Shown: piece by piece, positions 53,598 to 64,000 of the stretch
How the letters are laid out: each line of letters starts with the position of its first letter
Position numbering within the stretch: the stretch's first letter is position 1
Source: Octopus sinensis
Lineage: Eukaryota
Assembly: GCF_006345805.1 (NCBI RefSeq)
Contig: NC_043003.1
Coordinates: 68,262,001-68,326,000, forward strand
Reading direction: 5' to 3'
Length of the DNA stretch: 64,000 nt
Translations under genes and position numbers: made by a program
The notes under the pieces: model-generated
The model's database searches: none
Seen by the model: only the letters and a program-made list of their open reading frames with translations
What the model was told of the DNA's origin: nothing

Positions 53598-53920
53598 ATG
53601 AAATTTATCAATCCTATACTCTTAATCCACACATATGGAGGGAGTATTATGATGGCAGGCTTCGATTTGAGGTGGTGACGAATACTCTCTGAAAGCGCCC
53701 GGGGTTAAAACATCTCGGAGAATATTCTCCGTCGCACCATATCACAACCTACCAACAAATACGCTGCGAGTGTACAATAATTAGATATATGGATAATACT
53801 GTTTATTACAGTGGCACATATTCCATTTCCTCTTTGAATACAGACACACACACACTCACACAGACATACACACACACATACACACGCACACATATGTGTG
53901 TGTGTGACTGAGTTTAAAGG

Positions 53921-54380
53921 TGCAGGCGCGTCCGTGTGATACGTAGATTGCTTCTCAAACACATGGTTCCGGTTCAGTCCCACTGCGTGACACCTTGAGT
54001 GAGTGTCTTCTAATAAATCCTCGGGCCAACCAAAGCCCTGTTTGTGGAGTTGGTCGACGGAAACTGAAAGAGCCCCGTCGTGTATATGTATATATATATC
54101 TATGCATAGTTATATGAGTGTATTTGTGTGTGCGTGTATGTATGTGTGTGTATGAGTTTGTAGTCTTTGTGTCTGCTTTGGCTCTCACCATCAACGCTTG
54201 ACAACCAGCGTTGGTATGTTTACATTCCTGTAACTTAGAGGTTTGGTAAAAGACACCGATAGATTACGTAACAGGCATTTGAATATAAGTACTGAGGTCA
54301 ACTTTTTAGACTAAAACGAATTCTTCAAGGTGGCACCCCAGCATGACCACAGTCTAATGACAGAAACAAATATAAAATAA
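53921..54380 (+). mobile_element. SINE family 1, full length
   Basis: ACACATGGTTCCGGTTCAGTCCCACTGCGTGACACCTTG head, body, TG-rich middle, and tail ending AATGACAGAAACAAATATAAAA. Confidence 0.8.
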
Positions 54381-54407
54381 ATGATATAGGTGTATCTGTC
54401 TATCTAT

Positions 54408-54474
<67 letters not shown>

Positions 54475-54500
54475 TATATTTGACAGAAATGAGGAGGCTG

Positions 54501-54566
54501 ATTTGCTGGTGTAAAGATAACTTTCTCGCGTTAACAATGAGACCTGGGTTCGACTCCCACGCGGAT
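54501..54566 (+). pseudogene. tRNA-like pseudogene or isolated SINE head (Val-AAC-like)
   Basis: Acceptor ATTTGC/GCGGAT, T-arm TGGG-TTCGACT-CCCA with B box GGTTCGACTCC (54547-54557), imperfect anticodon arm with loop TTAACAA, over-short variable region, and a T6 run about 12 nt downstream. Confidence 0.5.
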
Positions 54567-54751
54567 AGGAAAGCCTTCTTTTTTCTGTCGAGGGTTTATA
54601 TGCCCGTCTATTAGACTATGTTCCTTAGTCATTGCACGCAAATCGCCATTATTATTGTAAACAAGGCACCTTAGAAAAAAAACCATTCGCTCCAAAAGCA
54701 TATATATGTAGAGAGAAAGAGAGAGAGAGAGAGTGAGAGATAGATAGATAT

Positions 54752-54802
<51 letters not shown>

Positions 54803-55186
54803 CAGAGAGAGAGAGAGAGAGAGGAAGAGATACTTAGATAGACAGACATATTGACTGGCCGGTAGATAGATAGACATATAGAAAGATAGATAGACAGACA
54901 CATACGTAGAGTGATACATAGATAGACAGACAGACAGCCAGATAGATAGATAGATAGATAGATAGATATGTTTCTTTATTAGCCACACAGGGCTGCACAC
55001 AGATAGAACAAATTACAAGGTAGAGCTTTTCTTTTGAAGGTTTAAAAAAATAAAAAATAAAAAATTAAAAAAATAAAAAAATAAAAAAAAAAAATAAAAA
55101 AAAATAAGAAAAAAATAAAATAAAATAAAAATAAAATAAAAAAGGGGGGGTCGATCAAAAGGGATCGTAAAAGGAGAGAAAGAGGA

Positions 55187-55226
<40 letters not shown>

Positions 55227-55449
55227 GGGGTTAAAAAAAAAAAGGGGGAGAGGAAAAAATTGATCAATAGGGATCGTTATCACAGAAATGTCAATATGAA
55301 GTGTAAAGGGGGGGACAGGTGAGGTTTACCCGTGGAAAGAAAAGCCTACGGAAAAGACCACGGTAACCTCGGTCAATGAAGTCACATGTTATATTTCTTT
55401 TTTTTTTTTTTTTTGCAAATAAGCAACTCTCTGTATTAATTTTTACGGT

Positions 55450-58400
55450 TCATAGAATCATAGTCAAGGTGGCTTCGTCATTCATACGTGCCATTCTTGC
55501 TACATTCACCCATCTTTTTTTAAAACATTCGCTAGACAAAACTTGCCTCTCTACTCTCACTTTCCTTTTCAAGTGGTACTTGAAGAAGTTGATGAGAGAT
55601 TGACCAGAGAGGAAAGTGTTTGTCTCCAATCCTTTCAGACGCGTCCACCAGATACATTCTTTCGCCATAGCCACAAGGATGATGAAAATAGCTCTTCCTT
55701 CCCGTTTGAAGGAAGGAGGCGTGACAATATTGACGATAGACTCAGCTGATAAACCGACTCGTCCCACACGTGACAGCAGTTGTTCGACATAAGCCCACAG
55801 GTCGGAAATTGTTGGACACTGAACGAGTGCGTGCAGACGGTTTCGTCGCTCTGACCGCATCTCGGGCAGGTCGGCCCCGTGTTTCTCGAGCCGTGTCTGT
55901 AGGCTTATCCCGAACGGGTAGCGCTTCTCGGTAGCACTGCCAGGCCAGGGATCTCTGGAAGTTGTCCATGGGCCCTGGCCCGAAAGTCGTCCCGAACAGG
56001 CGGGTCAGGTACTCCTCGTCGACGTCCAGGTTCGCCCCGAGCTCGTCGTCGTACCTCCCCTCCACTAAACCCCTATAGAATGCTTGGTTGTGTGAAGTCA
56101 CTTAAGGTCGACCCAGGACGGCAGAGTTGCTTGAGAGCAACGCGACACTCGCGGTGCCATTCGCCCTTCCTCGGCCTCTTTTTGATCCACGACTGCAGTT
56201 CGGTCATGGAGACGAGCTGCGGGAAAGCGTGCCTCACAAACGGCGACCACACCTGTTCACCGTCGTCTACATAGAGCCAGAGATGTCGCAGTCTCAGCGC
56301 GTGTCTGCGCATCATCAACCACGGCATGCCCAGCCCTCCTTTTAACGGGTGTTGACAGCAATGGATCGCCTGACCATCGGGACGCATCCTTTCACAAGAA
56401 GCGAAGAGGATGCGTTGTAGTTTGGTGATGGTAGGGTCGGGACAAGGTACGACGGTCAGGCGGTAGTAGATGACGGACGCGATGTACGTGTTCGCCACCT
56501 CCGCTCGACCTTTTAGGGACAGTTTCCTCTCGGCCCATTGCCGGGCGAGAGTGACCACCCTACTCGTTATCTCGTTCCAGTTCTTCTCCACTTGGAGGTC
56601 CGGACCAAACCAGACCCCGAGCAACTCAACCGGGCCGTCGGTCCAGCGTCCCACGACGGAGGCGCTGGTGGACGGCATGGGCTTGCTTCTCCAGGTGCCT
56701 AGTCGCAAGCCCACTGACTTTTCCCGGTTGATTTTCGCTCCTGTCACCGCTTCGTAGTTTTTCAGTGTCTCGCCGACCAGCTCGATATGCTCGTGGCTAG
56801 ACACTATGACGGTGACATCGTCCGCGTATGCAGACACGCTCGTCCCGCATCCCAATTCTCGCGGGATGCCCCTTAGAGTCGCCAGCTTCCGCAGTAGTGG
56901 CTCAAGAGTCAATACGTATAGAAGCGCCGAGAGGGGGCATCCCTGACGGACCGAACGTGCAATGTCGAAAGGTCTCGATAGATGTCCATTTACGCGAATT
57001 ACCGAACGGATGCCTCTGTACAAGGCAGCTATCCAGCCGCGGAAGACGGGCCCGAAACCAGCCGCTCTCAGGACTGCCTCCAAGTATCGATGGTCCACCC
57101 TATCAAAGGCTTTCGATTGATCCAAGTTGATCAGGGCCCCACCCATGCCAGGTTCGTTAACTACCCTGTCTATGATGTAGCGCATCAGATGGAGGTTGTC
57201 ATGGATGGTCCGGCCTGGCACGGCGCATGTTTGCGCCTTGTCGACCAGTTTCTCGATGACAAGCGCCAACCTCTTGGCTAGCACCTTGGCCAAAATTTTC
57301 AAGTCTGCATTAAGCAGAGTGATGGGCCTAAAGTTATCTATTACATTTCCCTTGTTTGGATCTTTCTTCAGCAGTGTTACGGCTCCTCGGCTCACAAAAC
57401 CAGGAATGCTCCCGTTTTGCTGCCAGTTGCAGTACACCCGCCAAGAGATCTCCAAACAAGTCTGGCATACAATTGTAAAGCTCGTAGGGTAGACCATCCA
57501 AACCCGGTGATTTGTCCCTCGAGCATTCTGCCATCGCTTCCCGCACTTCCGCCGCCGTGATGGCACCTTCGCAGCACCCTGCCTTTCTTGTCGAGAGTCG
57601 TGGTAGGCTATGTAGGTAGGCACTGAAGTCCACCCTACGTTCTTGCCCTCCACTCGTTCCGAACAGTCGGGCAAAATGCTGCTGAAAGGCCTCACACATT
57701 TTACTTGGCTCGAGCAATTCGCGCCCCTGTTCATCTACCAGTGACCGAATGGTGGCTTTGTTGCCCTGTTGCGCCTCTGCCACCCGGGCCTCTCTCGCGG
57801 CTCCAACACCTTCGTTCCTTAGAGCACGCATCCTAGCTCTGACAGCACATCCTTCGTGTTTGGCGTTGAAGTGTTGGTCGAGGGCCAACCTCGCCGCCAA
57901 AACGTCGGATGCGATGCCGCTTCTAATTGCCTCTTCTAGCTTCTTAACTAGCTCACCCTCTACTCTATTTCTATCTATGGCTAGTGCTTTGCTGTACCTA
58001 ATCGCTTCTGCTTTTACTGCTCTCTTGAGGGCAAACCACCATTTGTTGTTGATGATGGCTCCCGTCAAAGCCCTCTTTACTAGTGTGCTAATCCGGTCTC
58101 TGAAAACTTGTCTCGATGGAAAGACGCGTTTAGTTTCCAGTATCCGGGACCCTGCCTAAGTGTCTTACCTAAGTCTAGCGTACATGTCACAAGTTTGTGA
58201 TCCGTGTAGCTGACTATGTGGAATTGTGGACATCCTATGCTATCTCTATCTACTGTCCTACACAGTATCCTATCTAGATACGATCTCGACGACCCGATGC
58301 GGTTGCTCCATGTCCACGTTGGCGCATTCGGGTGGTCTAGTCGGAACCTGTCAGACAGTTGAAAGCGTCTGAGCAGGTCTCTGAGGCATTTGCATCCCCG

Positions 58401-58877
58401 TCTATTCCTATCTCTACCCACGTAGTCTACATGCGTGTCCAAGGTAGCATTCCAATCCCCCACTAAGAGTAAAGGACGAGACGTTCCCAAGAAAACTTCT
58501 AGACGTTGAAAGAAATCCGCCCGACCTGTTAAGGGCGGTGCGTAAACTGATACGAGTCGAAAAGCGCACCCATTGCTGCCGTCGACATCCAGGACGACCA
58601 GTCTACCCTCCGGGTCTACGAATATTGTCCTTACATTGAGATCCAGACTCTTGTGAAAAAGTACCGCGGTGCCACTACCGCCCATTCTCGGCAGACAGGG
58701 GGAAAAATAAATGTTGAACTGTCCGCCAAACATGGTCTTTAGGGCCCGCGGATTGTGGAGTCTGGTCTCGCTTATGGCTATGATTTCTAACTTATGTGAC
58801 TTTATGTCATTTAAGAGGTACCCTTGTTTCCAAGGGGACCCCAAGCCACGCGCATTTACACAACCAATCTTGATCAT
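55450..58877 (-). CDS. ORF2 (APE endonuclease + reverse transcriptase + CCHC finger) of the Tx1-like element, at least eight indel frameshifts as assembled
   Basis: Endonuclease motifs NARGL, ISET, VYAP, GDWN, SYLDRI, YTDH. Linker KSPGLDGLPYE. RT motifs FRPITLLNADLKILAK, DQSKAFDRVDH, QGCPLSALLY, YADD (56828-56817). C-terminal CPRC-x8-H-x4-C after frame repair. Confidence 0.92.
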
Positions 58878-58908
58878 AGTTCTAATGAATTAGAATACAG
58901 AGGGTTAC

Positions 58909-60818
58909 TTACTGCTCGAAAGTTTTTGCTTTCTCCTCCGTTGGTTTGTCCTCTAGAAGATCCCAGTACAGTTTCTTTGTGAGATATTTTTGGCATTTAC
59001 CAACCGCACTGGGGAAAATGCCTTTGAGTGTGTGGTGCAGACTTTTGGAGATGTGTAATATTTTGATGTGGTCTGGTGGTGTTGTGTATGGGTTGTTGTT
59101 TTTTATGTCATCTTCTGTTATGTTTGTTTTTGATTGGATGTATTCCATCAAATTTGTGTTTTTGGTGTCTATGGCTGTGAGCATGTTTGCTGTATATGTT
59201 TTTGTGGTGTTGGTGTGGCTGTTGTTTGCGTTGGGTTTTGAAATGTCTTCGGGAGATGTATTTCCCCCTGCTTTGTTCGTGTTTGCATTTGGTTTGGTTG
59301 TGTTTCTGCTCTTTATTTTCCTTCTTTTTGTAGCTATTTGCCATTCCTCACTGGTTTCATCTTCCGACGAAATTTCTGAGGAATCAGAAGGGGGTAGGGG
59401 TATGTTGTGGGCTTCTATGTATGTCTGTGTAAGTGGTTGTGTTGTTGTTTTCGTTGTTGTTGGTGTTGAGTGTTTGTGTGTGTTGAGTGAGTGGTATAAG
59501 GGATGGGGGATCAGTTTGTGTGTGTTTTCTTTGTTTTTCTGTTCCTTCGGGTTTTGCTGTTGATGGTGGTGTTGGTATTTTTTCTGGTGTCGAGTGGTTT
59601 TTGGTTGATGACGGATTAGCTTGGTGTGCTTCTCTTGTCGTCTTCTGTGTTGATGGTGGTGTGGGTAGTAGAGCTTTTTTTCCGGAGTGCTTTGGTTGTG
59701 GTAGTGGTTGTTGTTGTTGCTCTTGGTGTGCAGTGGTTGGGCACGTCTTTTTCAAGTGTGTTTCGCTTCCACACAAATAGCAGCGTGGTCGCCTGCCCTC
59801 TACCACTATATAGAGTTTGTAGCCTCCTTGCAGTTCTATAGCGGTGGGTATCTTCTCTCTTGCTGCTTCATCCAATTGAAGCAGGAATTCGATTGATTTG
59901 CCCACATAGTCTTTCTCTCCTAGAACCGCGATTTCCATGATGTTTGTCTCTGACATTGTCTCTGACATTTCAAAGCAGATGGCAGAGACCAACCATTGTG
60001 TTTCGACATCAAATGGTATGTTTTTTATTTGGACTTTCGTGACCCTTTTGTTTAAATAGACTGGTATCATTACCAAGTCGTCCGAGTGCAGCTCCAACGT
60101 GGAAAAACGTTTTGCTAAACTTTCGTTGAGGAAACGTACTTGGACTGTACCAAATTTGTTTCCCCAACTGATATATTCCTTGGAGTCCCATACAGGACGA
60201 AGGCATTTATCGATTTTTTCCTGCGGTGCATTTTCTGTTCTTCTTGTTTTTTTGTTTATTACTTTATAAATTATTGTTTTTTTTTGTGTGTTTTCCACGA
60301 TGTGTTGTGGAATATGAAGGTGCAATTTGTCTCCTTCTTTGGAGAAGAGTGCCTTTGTGCGGTTTATCTCTTGTGTGGTGAATGTTACAATTGTTCTTTT
60401 TTGTTTTGTTACGTCCGCAAAATTCGTTTTGAATTGGCAGTAGAAGTGTTAATTGTGGCAGTGTTAATTGAAGTCATGGTAGTGGAGTTGGTGTTGGCGG
60501 TATTAGCAGCAGAAGGCTTGGATGTAGCATTTGACGTCGTAGTAGTGGTGTTGGTGTTGGCGGTGTTGTCTTTGGTAGGCGGCTTTGTGCCAATTCGTTG
60601 TTGTTGTTGTTGGTGGTGATGGTGGTGGTGCTGGCATTCATGTTTTCGTTTGTATTCATTTTTGAAATCCCTTTCTCTGTCCCTTTATCATCAACAAGTG
60701 GTGTGGGGAGTGAGGGGAAATCTAAGTTAATGTCTTTGGTCGCGGCGATGGTGAATGCGACGTTAGATTTGTTGTTGTTGTTGTTGGTGGTGGTGATGGT
60801 GGTGACAGCGGTGTTCAC
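58909..60818 (-). CDS. ORF1 (gag-like nucleic-acid-binding protein) of the Tx1-like element, about three frameshifts as assembled
   Basis: Joined from track ORFs 60474-60818, 59384-60325 and 58909-59184. Low-complexity T/N-rich N-terminus, a central region (RVTKVQIKNIP), and a CX2CX4HX4C knuckle CYLCGSETHLKKTC at 59782-59741. Stop at 58909, 31 nt before the ORF2 ATG. Confidence 0.8.
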
Positions 60819-60823
60819 GCTGC

Positions 60824-60893
<70 letters not shown>

Positions 60894-61253
60894 CTAAATG
60901 TCATTCAATTAAAAAGATTCATTAAGAACGCAAACATAACATGTAAGACGTCTGAAAATGGCCAGATATATTTGGATACAACTCAGCTAAATAATACCAC
61001 ATTATAGACGACAAATATTAACAAGATAATCTACTTATGTAAAAATTAATCCCAATTATCAACCGACAATCTAGCTCACACTGGATACTTGGTGCCGCCG
61101 AAATAAGTAAGCTACGTCACTGGTTCACCTTTTAAATTAAATTAAGCCTGATGACAGAGGAAAGGCAATCTCTTATCTCGGCATTGAATAAAGTTCTACT
61201 GAAACACAAGTTGCTAATTTAGACGCTATTTGTGTGGTACTATTTTATTTATT

Positions 61254-61353
<100 letters not shown>

Positions 61354-61389
61354 CAAACAAATAGACAGATAGATGGATATGTAGATAGA

Positions 61390-61593
61390 CGAGAACGCAC
61401 TGGAAAGTTCTTGGCGTTGAGTAAAAGAGCATGCAGGAGGATCATTTATTGAACATACTCCCCTCTCATATGTACTCATTTATTGCGATGGTCCTTTAGT
61501 TTTTCTAAGCTCGGTAAAAGAACTTGGAAGTTTGTGACTCCAGCCAGGCCTTTCGCGATACTCTTAAAACCAGGAACTACTCAGCACTCCTGC
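61390..61593. mobile_element. Possible decayed mariner-type MITE
   Basis: Weak terminal inverted similarity (CTGGAAAGTTCTTGG / CCAGGAACTACTCAG) around a ~200-bp body resembling a remembered octopus repeat. Confidence 0.35.
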
Positions 61594-61614
61594 TTAATAA
61601 CATATACTTTCGTT

Positions 61615-62030
<416 letters not shown>

Positions 62031-63002
62031 CACCTCTGTATGTATGTATGTATATATATATATATATATATATATACACAACCCACCAAACACACGCACA
62101 CACACACACATATATATATACATACGAAGGGAGAAAGATGAAGACTTATTTTCACATTAATATGCATCTGCACATATGCGCGCGCATGTGTCTATTTAAT
62201 GTACCCCAGTTTAAATCTTCCATAATGTATATACTTTAAGTCTATATCCTAATTTTCATAAATTATTCAGAAGATCATTTTTTAAAAATACATTGATAGA
62301 TATTTAGTTTTGATATTGTACAACGCTATGCTTTCGGTCTAAATTATTAATACAATGTTCTGGATTTGAAATACTCCAACATTCCGAGAATTTGTTTAAT
62401 ACTACTTTGATAATTACTAACAGATATGTATGCAAATTAGCTCTGAGCGTACTTAGAAAAACACAATCGATTCACTAATGAAAAGACAAGGTGCTGCAGC
62501 CCCTGCAGAGGCCGAAAAGACTGACAAATTATCCACATGATGTTAGAACATATTGCAAGAGAATACAAAATGTTATATCAATGGGGCGGTAAAATGTATA
62601 AAATTGCTTCAAATGACTGCTGATACGAAGAGTATAAAGAGTTTCAAAATTACGGCACTGACATGATTAAGCATGGAAAGAAACCTATTTGGGAAAGTCA
62701 ATCGCTGATAGCCATTATCTTTACAGCTTGTTATTGCCCTTATACTATTATTCATAAAATTACTATATTCGGAGATATTGTGCTGTTCAAGGGTGACCTA
62801 TGGTAGATTCGTAGATTTCGTGGACAGATGGATAAAATTGTTGTTACAGTGTGTTTAGGAAATGCATCAGATAGAATTTTCTACTTTATGGTGTTGCTGT
62901 TGAAATTTCGTCGACTCCACCTTCCACTTTGTTGTCGTCGTATATATTTCAGCGTCGCTGCTGCCACTGAGCTTTTTTTTTTGTCATTGGTATTCTTGCT
63001 AT

Positions 63003-63039
63003 TGCCGTTGTTGTTGTTGTTTTTGTTGTTGTTATTGTT

Positions 63040-63083
<44 letters not shown>

Positions 63084-63092
63084 GATGTTGAT
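63003..63092. repeat. (TTG)n microsatellite
   Basis: Direct reading. Confidence 0.9.
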
Positions 63093-63797
63093 GTTGTTCT
63101 TGGTATTCGTGTTGTCTTTTTTAATATCGTTGCAGCTCTTACTGTTATTGTTACTGTCGCAACGAATCGCCGACTCACCAACATTGCTACAACTCGATGT
63201 GCGTTGCACATATCCCGTCAAATACGTACCCCACTATTCTCTTAGGTTATAAACAAGATAAATATCCCAAAACATACATTCCTCAATAATATATTCCATG
63301 CTCATCTTACAACTCCACAACTGTCAAGCTCTAAGAAGAAGTGAAGTTTGATTTCACTTGTCTCTAGTTTTCCAATACATATAACATAACTGAATATTCG
63401 AAACTTTGTAAAATGACAATAAAAAGCAGTGGATAGAGATTCTGCAACTCAACGCACACATCTAGAGATGACATCCTCTTAATATGACTGTCTTTAAAGA
63501 ACTATATTTAGAAGATCTGAAATATGTAATATTATTGTTCATTCATAGGTGACAGTTTCCATAACAACTTTGTTAATCGTTGTGATCGAATTTTACACAT
63601 GACTAGTAAATAAACACAAGAAGACTATCGGCGATCATACTTATTTGAGAGTAGAGTAACTATAATTTTTATAACAAAAATGTTACAACTTTTGAGACGA
63701 GGCTAATAATCGGGAGATTTTTAACAGAGTTTACAGTGTTTTACATAATCCTGCACACAAATACGTCTGTGTACGCGCACGTATACACACACATACT

Positions 63798-63866
<69 letters not shown>

Positions 63867-64000
63867 TTTCGTATTTTCATATGGAAATATACAACGAAAA
63901 TTGCAGTAACCGCAGCGGAGAGATTTCAAAACCAAAGGTGACTAAACAATGGATTTGAAAAGCTCAAAATTCTGTAAAAGGAAACAATGGATAGCAGTAA

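Larger units (their letters stand above)
54969..60823 (-). mobile_element. Tx1-like (L1 clade) non-LTR retrotransposon, near full length, inserted in a (GATA)n/(TATC)n array
   Basis: Two ORFs in minus orientation: ORF1 with a CCHC knuckle, then ORF2 with APE endonuclease, RT and a C-terminal Cys/His finger. The sense strand ends AATAAA (54980-54975) GAAACA then (TATC)n. (GATA)n arrays abut both ends. The 5' end opens directly in coding-like sequence and may be slightly truncated. Confidence 0.93.

Noticed and set aside
55030-55260. Long A runs that look like a poly(A) tail
   Set aside because: The element is on the minus strand, so these are T/C runs inside its 3' UTR, upstream of AATAAA. 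The homopolymers and the duplicated GATCAA.AGGGATCGT (55153, 55262) may also be poorly resolved.
56080-60837. Plus-strand ORFs overlapping the LINE (for example 58946-59563, 57749-58159, 60140-60619)
   Set aside because: Antisense shadows of the minus-strand ORF1 and ORF2, with no independent motifs.
61140-61180. CTGATGA-CAGAG-GAAA hammerhead-like core
   Set aside because: No stem II and no stem I pairing.

Overview
AT-rich, microsatellite-dense eukaryotic DNA that is almost entirely non-coding. The two SINE families and the simple-repeat load suggest an octopus (cephalopod) genome; this is inference from remembered repeat consensus sequences, not a search. No host gene can be called with confidence: only a few short splice-signal-bounded exon candidates on the + strand. 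Nearly all short ORFs in the track are microsatellite translations. The main structures are: (1) a 5.85-kb Tx1-type (L1-clade) non-LTR retrotransposon on the minus strand (54969-60823), flanked on both sides by (GATA)n and broken only by small indels, with no nonsense codons; (2) a 2.3-kb internally deleted DNA transposon with ~360-bp TIRs and Academ-like transposase fragments (16015-18290); (3) decayed maT/DD37D, hAT, R4/Dong and RTE elements and a Tc1/mariner MITE; (4) many tRNA-derived SINEs; (5) several hammerhead-ribozyme-like folds and Penelope-like termini, often in inverted pairs next to (TA)n; (6) three near-perfect palindromes, a 141-bp inverted repeat, a 50-bp direct repeat and a 1.9-kb tandem duplication that may be an assembly artefact. 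All alignments and folds were done by eye.
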